This document shows positions 14,001 through 26,559 of a stretch of DNA of 64,000 nt, in pieces. The translations under genes were made by a program, and so were the position numbers. Source of the DNA: Okamejei kenojei (lineage: Eukaryota); the NCBI GenBank assembly GCA_035221665.1, contig CM069149.1, forward strand, positions 44,826,001 to 44,890,000. The letters run 5' to 3'. The notes beneath the pieces are model-generated. The model was not told where the DNA came from, ran no database searches, and saw nothing but the letters and a program-made list of their open reading frames with translations. Position 1 is the stretch's first letter. The number at the start of each line of letters is the position of its first letter.

Positions 14001-14245
14001 GATAGAAACATAGAAAATATGTGCTGGAGTAGGCCATTCGGCCCTTCGAGCCTGCACCACCATTCAATATGATCATGGATGATCATCCAACTCAGTATCC
14101 TGTACCTGCCTTCTCTCCATACCCCCTGATCCCTTTAGCCACAAGGGCCACATCTAACTCCCTCTTAAATATGGCCAATTAAGTGGCCTCAACTACCTTC
14201 TGTGGCAGAGAATTCCAGAGATTTACCACTCTCTGTGATGAAGAA
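14001..14245 (-). mobile_element. CR1 3' end fragment
   Basis: (atagaaac)n tail, ggccattcggcccttcgagcctgcacc...ggcagagaattccaga. Confidence 0.85.
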
Positions 14246-16669
14246 TGATCTAGCCCAGGTAGTGATCTTTATATTAAGTTGTTTAACATTGATCAGTCTA
14301 ATAATAGAAGCTACTAAAATCCATTCAGTTGTTCGTCCAGTTATTAATATCTGATCCATGATGATCAATTTTAATGTGCGTGGATTACGCAGAAATAGAG
14401 GTTCATAGCAGTTACATGAAGTAGATAAGAACAAGTTGTGTTTTCCAGTCAACGTTCTCATCTTAAATTCCCAGCGCAGTACAGTTATTTGACCATTATT
14501 GTTTTTGATTCAACATAACTAACTGTATTTTTGAATTTCCTAAAACATTACTTTTAGTTTGTTCAAGGGTGCAGGACCATGACAACACTGTTTCCTATGG
14601 TTGGATGCATTTAAATATGAAAGGATGGCTGAGACCCAGAGTGCATACAGCATAGCTTAAATCCTGAAGCAGAAAGATTCCATCCAATTTGAGACAAAAA
14701 CTGCAAGCAATTGGGACATTCCCAGTAACTGACGTGGCAGCCATTTGTTCTCTTTGTAAGGAGGATTTAATCCTCTTCTATACATTGCACTTGTGGCTTA
14801 CAAATGGTACCAAAACCACTAAACACATGGTTTGACAATAGTGCACATCATCTAAATTGTAAGCAGGTTGTGTGTCATATTTTACTTGTATCCGCTGCCC
14901 AGATGTTGAGTTTAGTGGAATGACTGTTCACTGACCTTGCATTCGCAGGAGCACCAGACCTCGCTTCTCAGCATGAGCCCTGCTGAATGTTGTTGAGTTG
15001 TGTTGTTAATAAGCCAAATACTTTTCTAAGGGTTTGAGAATCTGTTCGCCGAGGCTGTTTTAACTAATCTGATTGTACACTGGTCGAGTGAACTATAAGA
15101 TTTATAAGTCATTTTTGATTCTGTTGCTAATCACCTTTGTTCTGCACTCCCTCATTGTTCACCCCTCCACCAATGTGAATGCTTTCTCTTCATCTGCTGT
15201 GTCTATATGCAAGTTTTTTAATTGTTCTATCTGATCCCAGCCCAACCTCTTCTATTTCAAGGGGAACAACCCTGGTTCTCCAATGTATCCTCAGAACAAA
15301 AAGATCTCATCCCTGGAATAATTATTGGAAATTTCCACAGCACCCTCTCTTGAACTCTCATACATTTTCCTAAAGTCCTTTCTCTTCACTGGAAAAAGTT
15401 TGGTATGTGCTTGGCTGGAAATTAATTAATGTTGCACAGAGGTAGTGAGAGTTATGTTGGTGAGTTTGGTCGTAAATTGTAGGAATGCCACCATGCTGTG
15501 CGATTAGTGTGAACCTGCAACTTTTGGGTGCACTTAGATGATGTCATATCTCATGCACTGCTCGTTTGCAGCTGAAAATGGGTTATGATTTCTGCTGAGG
15601 GGCACTTGGGGAATGAGGTATTCACGGTTACATTCATTTTATCGGAGCTATTTAAAGGTTACTCAGCAGAAATGTATGTGCCCATATGTAATAATAATGT
15701 TCTAAGGCTGTTCCACTTTAAGCATTGTATCGTGTAACCAACTGCTGCCTTATGAGGCAACACTGTTCAGAAATATAGGCAAGTTTTTGGCACTCTGAAG
15801 AAGAATGCCGTTCCCGACACTGAAAGCTTTTAATTCATAATATAATAATTTTAGCACTTTTTAGGAATCCAAATGAGAGATACTAAGATGTCAGCCATTT
15901 TAGCATTCCTGCTGATCAAGAGCCGTATATCCATGTCATTATCTCTTAGATACTGGAAGCAGATAAGTTAAACTGGCAAAATGTAAACTTTTATATTTAG
16001 TAAAACAGAGAATGCCAAAATGATTATTTTTGTGTGCTTCCTATTAGACATGCAACCAGTCAAATAATCCCAAAGTGACAAGTAACAATAAACACACAGG
16101 GAGCAGTTAGTCATGTGGTACATATCTTAAAGGAGTGTTTAACAAATATGGCGTAAACTGTCCTACATCATTGCTTTAATAACGAAAACAGAAAAAGTGA
16201 AACAAAAAAAGGCAATGTAAATGTCCGAGTAATTTGACATATCCTTCAGCGACTTTATCGTGGACCATTCTTCCATATTTGGACTTTCCTGTTTTGTGAT
16301 AGTTTTGAGCCTTCTCGCTAGGTTGCCTCACTCTCTCTCGTGTGGGGTTAGTGAAGTACCAAATCTGGGTCACACTGAGGAAATTGAGATTTGTCTTTTA
16401 AATCTATCAATAAGCTACCGAGTTCTGGGTTTCGCTGTACATGCACTTATATCTGAGACCTGTGGCCACTTAAACTGCTGATTGGAACTCCCAGTAAAAC
16501 TGAGCTCAGTCTTGTTGTCAACAAATGTTGATGTGTGGAAAACGCTTCCAGCTGTACATCCTGCTTGCAACGCAGAAATGATTGATGTTTGTGGGTGGTG
16601 ACTGAGTAGAATATACAAATAAAGTGAGTTCTGAATCGTTAAAACTGTCAAGTTATGGAGTAATAGACA

Positions 16670-16975
16670 AGTCATAGAGTTATGCACCACAGAAACAGAC
16701 CCTTCAGCCCAACTTGTCCATGCAAACCAAGATGCCCCATCTAAACCAGTTCCATTTGCCCACATTTGGTCCATATCCTTCTAAAAAAACTTTAAAAATC
16801 CATGTAATGGTTTAATGTCTTTTAAATGTTGTTATTGTACCTGTCGCAACTACCTTGTCAGGCAACTCATTCCATATACCCACCACCCTCTGAGTGAAAA
16901 AGTTGCCCCTCGGGTTCCTATTAAATCTATATCCTCTGATTCTTGATTCCCCTACCCTGGATATATGACTCTATG
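16670..16975 (-). mobile_element. CR1 3' end fragment
   Basis: agtcatagag tail, cccaacttgtccatg...ccaccctctgagtgaaaaagttgcccct. Confidence 0.8.
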
Positions 16976-17232
16976 AGGTCACCCTATTAATTCCCCAAAG
17001 CTCTATGAATTCTGGAATTTGTTCCTGTAGATTGAAATGTCCAAATGTAACCCCACAAATGAGGAAAGAAAGGAGTGGGAAAACAGGGCAGCTGTTAAAC
17101 CAATATCAGTATCTGGGGAAATACTATTACTTATAATGCAAGATCGATTATCAAAATATCTTGAATAGGGTAACAGGATTGAGAAGAATCAGCATGAACT
17201 TATGAAAGGAAAATCAGGTTTGAATAATCCAT

Positions 17233-17547
17233 TGGGTGGGACAGTGTGGCCATTGGTAGAGCTGCTGCCTCTCAGCACCAGAGTCCCAAAGACAATCCTG
17301 ACCTCGGATGCCGTCTGTGTGGAGTTTGCATGTTCTCCCCGTGACTATGTGGGTTTCCTCCGGGTGCTCCGGTTTCCTCACACATCCCAAAGACGTACGT
17401 ATTTGTAGATTAACTACCCTATGTTAATCTCCCAAGTGTGGAGGGAGTGGATGAGAAAGTGAGATAACATAAAACTAGTGTGAACAGGTGATCGATGGTT
17501 GTGGAGGACAAAGGGTCAGTTGCCATGTTGTATCTCTAAAACTAAAA
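17233..17547 (+). mobile_element. HE1-type SINE inserted in an old CR1 ORF2 remnant (about 17030-17965)
   Basis: Head ggtagagctgctgcctc, V-domain, tail tatctctaaaactaaa; decayed CR1 RT-like text on both sides. Confidence 0.8.
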
Positions 17548-18729
17548 CACTGGAATACTTTGGGGATGTAACAAACAGAAGAGATAAGGGGACTTCAAAT
17601 ATATTGGGTTTGCCTTACGAGAGGTTGAGTAGACTGCGTGTATATTCTGTAGAATTTAGATGAATGGAAGGTTTCATGAAACCTACAACATTTTTCTGAG
17701 GCTTGAAGGTTGGATACAGGAAGAATGTTTCCACTGGCAGAGTCAAGAAGCAGGAGAATTATTTTTACACATAGAGTGGTGAATCTACCAAATTCTCCAT
17801 CCAAGAGGGTTGTGCAGACTCAGTTGTTAAGATTGAAAGATTTCTTGAACGTTAAGGGAATCAGGCTACAGGAGGAAAGTGCAGGGACATAGTTGGCAGA
17901 AGAAGCTCAGCATTGATCTTAATGAATGGTGGAGCAGGATTCAACGGGCAAGCGGCCTGCTCCTGCTGTTTGTGTTGTTATATTCACAGTTGCAATTTGC
18001 CACAGTCACATTGTATTCTGTGAAATTGAAAAATATCAGGAGCAAAACCAACCCAACAGACAGAAAACATACTCTGAAATAAAACAAAAAATGTACAAAA
18101 TGCTCAGCAATATTTCTCCTAAGTATTCACCTATGGGAAATGTTGTCAACAGCGGTCAAGTAACACTTAACCAAAACCTGCTCACCGTTGCCAAGTTTGT
18201 TTTTTTCAAGACCACTTGGCTCCACATTTTATCACAGCCTTTGTCCAAATATGGTCCAAAGAGCTGAATTCAAAGATGAGGTGAGAGTGACTGCCCTTTA
18301 GATCAAGGCAACATTTGAAGTGTGCATGTGTGCATTCAAGGATCCCTCCGAGAAATCAAGGTGAAAATACTCTTGCGGCTAATTTTATTCTTTTATTATT
18401 GTGGTTATTGTGGGGGTGTGCAGGTAGTGAGCAGGGACCTGCCAGGACTTTTGCGAGTGTGCCTGTTTGGGGGGAGGTTGAGCCGTGATTTGTGTGCAGT
18501 GGGGTTGGGAGAGAGGCCAATGAATGAGGCCTCTCTGGCACCTTTGTGTGGCTACAGGGATGGGGAATGGTGTGGAGGATGAGGAGACTCACCTACACTT
18601 TTCAGGGATGGGGTAAAGGTAGTGATCAGAGGTTCTGTGTAATGGCGCAGGAACATGGGAGCATTCAGGGACTTGCCAACATCTTTGTAAGTGAAGAAAC
18701 GGAAATCAGTGAGAAAGATATTGGAGCGG

Positions 18730-18935
18730 ATACACGGAACTGCGAATGCTGGAATCTTGTGCAAAAAATAAAGTGCTGGAGTAACTCAGTGGGTCAGGTA
18801 GCATCTCTGGAGAACACGGATAGGCGATATTTTGGGTCTCTCTGAACAATGGTCCCGACCCAAAACGTCACCTATCCATTTTCTCCAGAGATGCTGCCTG
18901 ACCCGCTGAGTTACTCGAGCATTTTGTTTTTGCTC
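18730..18935. mobile_element. Older PLE inverted terminal-repeat pair
   Basis: Arms gctggagtaactcagtgggtcaggtagcatctctggagaa and ttctccagagatgctgcctgacccgctgagttactc; degenerate hammerhead near 18842. Confidence 0.75.
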
Positions 18936-20117
18936 AAGATATATAAAGAGCTGTCAGAATTGCTAAACAATTGGTTCAGCCTGAGAAAAGGCAATGGAAG
19001 GAGTCTAAAGTGAGGGCACAGTTGGAGTCGGCCTATTCCTCTGTGAGAGGAAATAACAGATCATTTAAGACTGGATGGCAGCTCAGTCATTTTACAGCAC
19101 AGAGGGGTTGGAAGGGTGGAGAGACATTAGCGTGGTCAGTGGGCATGTGGAACTCACTTGTGTCGGCAGATAATGTTCTTAAGAGGCTGCATGCAGATGA
19201 GGAAGGGGAAGAAATTACAGATAAATTGTTTCAATCATGCTTTTGTTTAAAGAAAAGCTATGAATCAAAACCAGGAAAGTCGGCAAAAGTTTCTAATTTG
19301 CTTTTAAAAAGACGACAGCAAACCTATCAAATCACTTCAGATACTTTGTGAAAATCCTAACTGTGATAGCATGCTCTCCACTCCAAACTGAACATATAAT
19401 ACAGAAGTACGCTTTGTAATATAGTAAAGGCATAAAAAAATTGCAAATGTTGAGAACATGATTAAACTTGCATATAGACTAACATTTCCTGTATTAGAGA
19501 TGCCTCTAAGCTCACCAGACACCAGAGCCTATGAATTTGTGATGGCCTCGAATTTTGTGCAGCTTCCCAGATGTATCACTGTCTGCTAGACAGACTGAAG
19601 TTGGCAGGCCACGGTTCCAGTTTTTCAGACTGCCAAATCCCAAGGTACTTCAGCACAGGTTGAATAAATATTTTTTGGAGCTAGCGAAGAGGAAAATATA
19701 TTTTTAAATATTACAAATCATTCTTTAGTTTTTGATTAGTGTGGGTAATCTTTCGAAATGAAGTTTCTCAACAAAAGGTAAAATGACACCCAGTGAGCGC
19801 TGGTATAGTCAGTTCTTTACATAGATTGGGAGGAGGAGAAAGTACAGTAATAATAATATTAGGACACTTACTTGGATGGGATTGCTAAATCAACAAGGAT
19901 AATAAAACTGGTTTCAGAATCCCTTAAATAATATGCTAGCTGGGACAAGTTCTTGAGAACATGAGTTCTTGAACAAGCATTTATAGAGATTTTGTGTTGT
20001 TAATTAAACTTTTTTATTTAACTGTGATTGCCAACTTTGTGGATGTCATCATGATTGATTATTGAAAGTTGTGAAGGAAACTATGTTACCTTCAAATACT
20101 GGAGACTGTAAGTTGAT

Positions 20118-20256
20118 GGTACACAAAAAGCTGGAGAAACTCAGCGGGTGCAGCAGCATCTAAGGAGCTCCTTAGATGCTGCTGCACCCGCTGAGTTTCT
20201 CCAGCTTTTTGTGTACCCTCGATTCTCCAGCATCTGCAGTTCCTTCTTTAAAAAAA
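20118..20256. mobile_element. PLE fold-back insertion: perfect 100-bp palindrome plus tail
   Basis: 20118-20167 is the exact reverse complement of 20168-20217. 16-bp TSD agactgtaagttgatg at 20103-20118 and 20257-20272. Confidence 0.9.
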
Positions 20257-23200
20257 AGACTGTAAGTTGATGTTTGTCACACCAATTCACCAAATGGCCA
20301 GGACAAGTATTCATCAAATTCAAAGAACAATTGCATGATTCATTTGATTCTTTGAACAAACTTTCCCAAATTGTTATTCAGTTTTATTTGATGTAAACCT
20401 ATGGAAGGCCGTTGAACATAAAACCCATTCCACAGTTGTGATTGCCAGTGTGATCAATAGCACAAATGGGAAGAATTGGTTTGATATGTCAGGCATTGTT
20501 CAGAACAGTGATCTTTTCACTTTGGGAATTTTGGATTAAAAGCTGACCTATTTAAAGGGAAAATAGTATTTTCCGCTAACTATAAATGTCTCCAGGAAAT
20601 GGGCTTGGGCAGGTATTGTGGGCACAAGACTGTACTTTAAAGCTGCCTGATAATTCAGAACAGATTAGTACCAAAATAGTAAAATCGCACAAATATGGGG
20701 AAATATAGGCAAAATATTTTCTTTGCTTCCGTTGTAGAAATTCTCCTGCTTTATAAATAGAACTGATTTGGCTTTAGAATTATCTGCCTGCTACAGGTTG
20801 CCAGCAAGTTTGATAGAAATATAAAGAAATTCCATTTCCAACCATGAGGTTCCTTGACTGGTGTTTTCTAATTGAAGAAGAGAGTTCAGATTTATATACA
20901 TATATTTCTACCTTACGATGATCACGCAATTTAAAAGCATCTTGTAAATCAAGGAGGAACTGTCAAATGAAGGAAGATGTTTTTTTAAATCATGGCAAAT
21001 CATTTCTAAACCTCGTAGGAGCTGGTTACATGCGAGGTTGCATAATCATGCATATTATATAATGTCACTTGAAATAACTTTTAAACTTAGATTGAATAAA
21101 ATAAATCAAGTTTGGAGATTTGACACCAGCCGTTAGACTGTCATCACCATAGTTTCATTGTTGGTTTAATGTTTCCTATATTATATGGATTATATTATAT
21201 GGATGTGAACTATAGAGCCCAGATTGGAACTGGCAAAGCCTTGCATTTTTGTAAAGGTTTTGGAAACATTTTTCAGATTCCAGAAAGTCCAACCCATAGT
21301 CACATGACAAAATACATCACAAATGAAGCACAAGGCTCACAGGGCCCACGATTCATGTTACTCTGAGATAGGCTTTGTTGAAAAGCCTTTGATACTGGTT
21401 GGGAATGCAGGTTTGTCTGGAAGAATTCATAATGTTGGTTAGGAGAAAGAAGTTGATTTTGGACTGTTGATTCTTTGGAACCAATTCAGATAAAGACCCT
21501 TGAAGAATTGAAGAGGGTCAATGCTTCTTTGTAACAAGAATTATTGTTACCTTTAATAATTTTTTAGACCATCGGAGTGTTTTTGTTCAAGCAATAGGTT
21601 GTAACTAGTTTAGTGTCTCAAAGTTCTTAAGGCACTGTTTACAACAAAACTAATTGTCTTTGTAACGGGCACATTTAGGATTAAGGGATATCTAACAGAT
21701 CCAAGGAGCGCACTTTCTCGTGGACTATCCTCTCATCCACACAACTCTTCAGTTACCCCCTGACCCATTTGTGAAGGAGTCTGCAGTTCATTCATTGGCT
21801 TCATCGGTCACTGTCAAACCCACAGAACCAGAATGGAAGCAAGTTATCCACAATCTAAGAAGGGAAGACTCTTGTGATGTAACTTGGTCAGGTTGACAGG
21901 TGTTATTTTTGATGCTCAAGTACAGTCCTCATCAAACCAGGCTTGAGTCCCTGGCTTGATGGTAATGTCAGAGTGATGGCAGCCCAAGAGGTTATAGATT
22001 GTGTTGAAAAGTGATTGTGATTCTGCCACTGCTGATAGACTACAGCACCTCTCAAAAGGATATTTTTGAACTGCTGTCTGATGATAGGAATACAAAGCAC
22101 CCAGACGGAGTGACCTCAGAATGAGGATAGGACGTTGACTCCACAAGGGCACTGGGTTAGACAGTCACTCCTTCCATTTCTATCGTGCATTGATGCAACT
22201 GCAATGCGAGATTCATGATGACTCACGAGGATGAGTCGTCCCTTGTGTGACACCATTTACCACCAACAAGCCTTGACATCTCTGAGGTTAAGGATTTGGC
22301 CAGATCAGAGCTATCTTCCACACTTGCTGATGGCTATTGGAGTCTCCTGCCCACATCACCCAATTTCAACTCTTGCTCCCAAATTCTACTGTAGAATCAT
22401 GACGCACAACATACCGCCTGCAGTCAACATGCACTCATGGGATGGATGTGTCATGCCCACACTTGCCACCTCCCAGAGTTTAAGTAACATCAGGCTTGGA
22501 TCCCTCTCCAAAGTAGGAAACTGATTGGGCCTGTGATGAGATGCTCAAGGATGGGAGTCTAAGTGACTATGTCAGGCCAGTCCAATCTTCCGGGCCCATC
22601 CAAATCCTGCTTTAGTCCCAGGTCCATCGATGTAGTAGGCATAGAATAGTCAGTGTAAAACTGTTGCAGTACTGGTTATTTCTGAACATTGTATAATTCT
22701 ATCCTGCTGTGCAGGAGGCATGTCCTTCATTATATAACATTGGGATATAGGCCTGGCGGGCAAGGTGGAAAGGGGACTGTGTAGTGATGAGTTGTATGGC
22801 AAGAGGCACTAAGTAAAGCAGTAAGGAGCCATGATGAGAGCAGCCCGGCAGCGATGCAAGAGTATTAATAATGATGGTATTTGTGCTTTTAACCATGACC
22901 AACATTTTCACCATCTGGTTATATATTTTCAAAATAAAACTGATTTCTCACGTATGGCCATTGTAAAAGGTATGATTTTCAATTTGGCCCGCAGAATAGG
23001 CTACGTATCTCATATGGAGGACATTTACAGGTCAGTTGGTCTATGTTTCTCTTTTGCAGTCCAGTCTAATTCTTGTTAAGAGAGTAAGTAGGTGTCTATT
23101 GCATTGCTGTGATTCCGGCTAAATATAGACCAGACCAGAGGAGTTTAGATCATCTTCCCTTAAGCCTATCAGAGCCCCAGGTGAGTCTTTTCCTCAGCCC

Positions 23201-23497
23201 ATTGGTTCCATACTAAACTTTATTCTAAAGGAACGTGATTAATTAAATTTAAAATTCGCCAGATGCTGTGGTTAGATTTGAACTTGTGTCCCTGACTCTG
23301 GATTTCTGCTCCAGTGATATAGCCACAGAGATTACATTTTCCTAATTCAACCAGAGTTCACTGTAAAAGGGCAGGTGAACCATGGTTACAGAGAGAGCAC
23401 TTTTACTGACTTGGCACAGGCATGAGGGCATATATTCTGACTTCCATGTTAGATTGCCCATCATTGCGCACAGGCTGATCCCATCTAATTGCTAGTT

Positions 23498-24380
23498 TTA
23501 GACAATAGGTGCAGGAGTAGGCCATTCGGCCCTTCTAGCCAGCACCTCCATTCACTGTGATCATGGCTGATCATCAACAATCAGTACCCCGTTCCTGCCT
23601 TTTCCCCATATCCCTTGACTCCGCTATCTTTAAGAGCCCTATCTAACTCTCTCTTGAAAGCATCCAGAGAATTGGCCTCCACTGCCTTCTGAGGCAGACA
23701 ATTTCACAGATTCACAACAGATTCACAATGGCCTACCACTTATTCTTAAACTGTGACCCCTGGTTCTGCACTCCCCTAACATCGGGAACATGTTTCCTGT
23801 CACTAGCGTGTCCAACCCCTTAATAATCTTATATGTTTCCATAAGATCCCCTCTCATCCTTCTAAATTCCTGTGTATACAAGCCCAGTCGCTCCATTCTT
23901 TCAACATATGGCAGCCCGCTATCCCGGGAATTAACCTTGTGAACCTACGCTGCACTCCCTCAATAGCAAGAATGTCCTTCCTCAAATTTGGAGACCAAAA
24001 CTGCACACAATACTCCAGGTGTGGACTCACCAGGGCCCTGTACAACTGCAGAAGGACCTCCTTGCTCCTATACTCAACTCCTCTTGTTATGAAGGCCAAC
24101 ATGCCATTAGATGTTTTCACTGCCTGCTGTACCTGCATGCTTACTTTCAGTGACTGATGTACAAGGACACCCAGATCTCGTTGTGCTTCCCATTTTCCTA
24201 ATTTGGTGGCAAGAACAGGAAGGCAGACCATTCAGGTAATAATCTGCCTTCCTGTTCTTGCCACCAAAGTGGATAACCTCACATTTATCCACATTAAACT
24301 GCATCTGCCATGCATCTGCCCACTCATCCAACCGGTCCAAGTCACCCTGCATCCTCATAGCATCCTCCTCACAGTTCACA
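23498..24380 (-). mobile_element. CR1/HER1 LINE 3' fragment (RT C-terminus and 3' UTR), disrupted
   Basis: ORFs 24107-24379 (LDRLDEWADAWQMQFNVDKCEVIHFG) and 23854-24231 (RDLGVLVH...LYRALVSPHLEYCVQFWSP) are typical CR1 ORF2. Confidence 0.92.
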
Positions 24381-24789
24381 GACTTTTCTCAAACGTTTCT
24401 CTGAACTTTAGAACGTGATCCTCTAATCTTTACCCATAGCTCATCCCTGTTGTATTTGGCATTATTTTTGTTATTATTCTTTCCAAATCCATTCCAATAT
24501 ACATATGTCCTTTCACTAGCCTAGTGACCTAAATTAAACACAGTATTCCAGATGTGGACTCAACAGCGCATTGCAACATCTTAAAATAACCTCCGACTGT
24601 ATTCTGTTGGTTAAGACACAATTAAGTGTCCCAATTTTAAGTAATAAATACAGAAAATACTGGATATATTCAGCATGTCCAGCAGCCTCTGTGGAGAGAG
24701 AAACAATTGACCTTCAAATGAACGATTATCTTTGATCTGAGACTGTTATATTTTCCCAGATGCTGTTGAACCGACAGAATATTTTCACT

Positions 24790-25293
24790 AGTTTAGTTTA
24801 GTTTGGAGATACAGCGTGGAAACAGGCCCTTTAGCCCACCGAATCCACACCAACCAGCGATCCCTGCACGCTAACACTATCCTACACACACTAGGGACAA
24901 TTTACATTTATACCAAGCCAATTAACCTGCAAAACCTGCATGTCTTTGGCGTGTGGGAGGAAACTGAAGGTCTTTTGTGGAATTCCCTGCCACAGAGGGT
25001 AGTGGAGGCCAAATCACTGGATGGATTTAAGAGAGAGTTAGTTAGAGCTCTAGGGGCTAGTGGATTCAAGGGATATGGGGAGAAGGCAGGCAAGGGTTAT
25101 TGATTGGGGACGATCAGCCATGATCTCATTGAATGGCGGTGCTGGCTCGAAGAGCCGAATGGCCTCCTCCTGCACCAATTTTCTATGTTTCTATCTCAGA
25201 GAGAACCCACGCAGTCATTGGGAGATCGTACAAACTCCGTATAGTCAGGATTGAACCCTGGTCTCCAGCGTTCTACCGCTGCGCCACCGTGCC
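24790..25293 (-). mobile_element. HE1-type SINE split by a + strand CR1 3' fragment (about 24968-25195)
   Basis: SINE halves are collinear; insert tgtggaattccctgccacagagggtagtggaggcc...ctatgtttctat. Confidence 0.85.
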
Positions 25294-25454
25294 TCCCTAT
25301 TTCCCTTTATTTATTTTCAACATCTGCATTTATTTTATTTTTGTCTTACATTTTATGTGTCAGCCCTAATTCAATGGTGATATCCACATCGCTAAGTCTG
25401 AAAGTCAAGATCCATCCAGAAACCAAAGCACATAATATAACTGCAGTTACAAAA

Positions 25455-25707
25455 ATGTATTTCAGGTGGGACACTCGACTGAGGTCTACAGCACTTCTAA
25501 GAAGAGAAGAAAACTGTTCCTGATGTCCTAGACAACATTTATCCCTCTACCAATACAGCAACTGTATGCCTTCAATTACCATGTAGCCCTTTAGAAAACT
25601 CAGCTGCTTTTGCCTATAAAAGAGCAGTGATTACACTTTAGAATTACTTCATTGGCTGTAAAATGCTTTGGAAAATCTTGAGGTCGTGAAAGGTGCGATA
25701 TAATGCC
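25455..25707 (+). mobile_element. DeuSINE (SacSINE1/AmnSINE1-like) remnant
   Basis: Deu-domain-like gtcctagacaacatttatccctctacca and L2-type tail tacttcattggctgtaaaatgctttgg...gaggtcgtgaaaggtgcgatataatgc, recognised from recalled consensus. Confidence 0.6.
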
Positions 25708-25750
25708 TGGAACCTTTTTCTTGTTTAACACTGAACAGGTTGTTCATGAT

Positions 25751-25903
25751 AGTAGACCAAAATGCCGGAGAAACTCAGCGGGTGAGGCAGCATCTATGGA
25801 GCGAAGGAATATTCCTTCGCTCCATAGATGCTACCTCACCCACTGAGATTCTCCGGCATTTTGGTCTACCTTCGATTTTTCCAGCATCTGCAGTTCTTTC
25901 TTA
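25751..25903. mobile_element. PLE fold-back insertion: 118-bp palindrome plus tail
   Basis: Arms 25752-25810 and 25811-25869 with 3 mismatches. 17-bp TSD aacaggttgttcatgat at 25734-25750 and 25904-25920. Confidence 0.9.
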
Positions 25904-26367
25904 AACAGGTTGTTCATGATGGTGGTGAGAATATGAAATATAAATCTCAAATCAGGAATAATCAGAAATAAAACCCGGACATGAATGTAAGATGTCAAAG
26001 AAAGGAGATCCATCTGCTTCAAATCATTGCACTTACGCTGTTTTGAAATAATAGTGATTTTCTTTTCCTGCTGCCTTGATTTTATGGCCCTTGTGTGTTG
26101 GGAAGCACTGTTATTGTTGTTGTGAGTTTCAGATTCTTCCTTATTTGTTTGTATGATTTAGTTGTCAGTAACTCATTATTTTGTGTTCATTTTTATTTTT
26201 ATTTCTCTGGCTGCGCTGCAGATATGTCCCTCCAGCTCCTCTGCTTATCTTGGTGATCAACTTTGTGGTGGCAGTGGCTTCTGCTTGTTCTGGTGGTAAT
26301 GGCCGTATTTGCAATGGCAACACACGCTGATGTTTAATAGGCTGCCCCCTGTGCTTTCTTCCCACAG

Positions 26368-26559
26368 ATCGTCCAGTCACTATTAGAACTGAACCAGAAT
26401 CGCAGTAAACTGAAGCTGTACATAGGACACCTCATGGCTTTGTGTCAGGACCGTGACTCACAGATTCTTCAAGGATTGACACCACCTCCAGCGTATGGTG
26501 GCATTGACAACAACAGGGCAATGTGGGAGGAAGCACTGCAGAAGATGACCTCAGAGCAG
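26368..26559 (+). CDS. ERC1: Penultimate coding exon of ERC1 (ELKS/RAB6-interacting/CAST family member 1), long non-IWA isoform
   Basis: Pyrimidine tract plus cccacag acceptor and CAG|gtacga donor. 192 nt, phase 0/0, open frame IVQSLLELNQNRSKLKLYIGHLMALCQDRDSQILQGLTPPPAYGGIDNNRAMWEEALQKMTSEQ. This closely matches recalled vertebrate ERC1 (LLELDQNRSKLKLYIGHL...GLTPPASY...WENELQKMT). Missing from the supplied ORF track. ERC2 paralogy is not formally excluded. Confidence 0.92.

Noticed and set aside
20118-20217. Palindromic insertions as MITEs or miRNA genes
   Set aside because: Variable long TSDs, a one-sided tail, variable fold-back points and linkage to PLE RT and endonuclease fragments point to retroinsertion.
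21900-22560. Decayed LINE-like remnant (AWFDEDC peptide on the minus strand)
   Set aside because: Too degraded to assign family or boundaries; the same applies to remnants near 330-1000, 5400-6000 and 32000-34400.
1-26367. Neuronal ERC1 exon ending in GIWA*
   Set aside because: I looked by eye for a G-I-W-A-stop exon with splice sites and found none. It probably lies upstream of the window, although I may have missed it.
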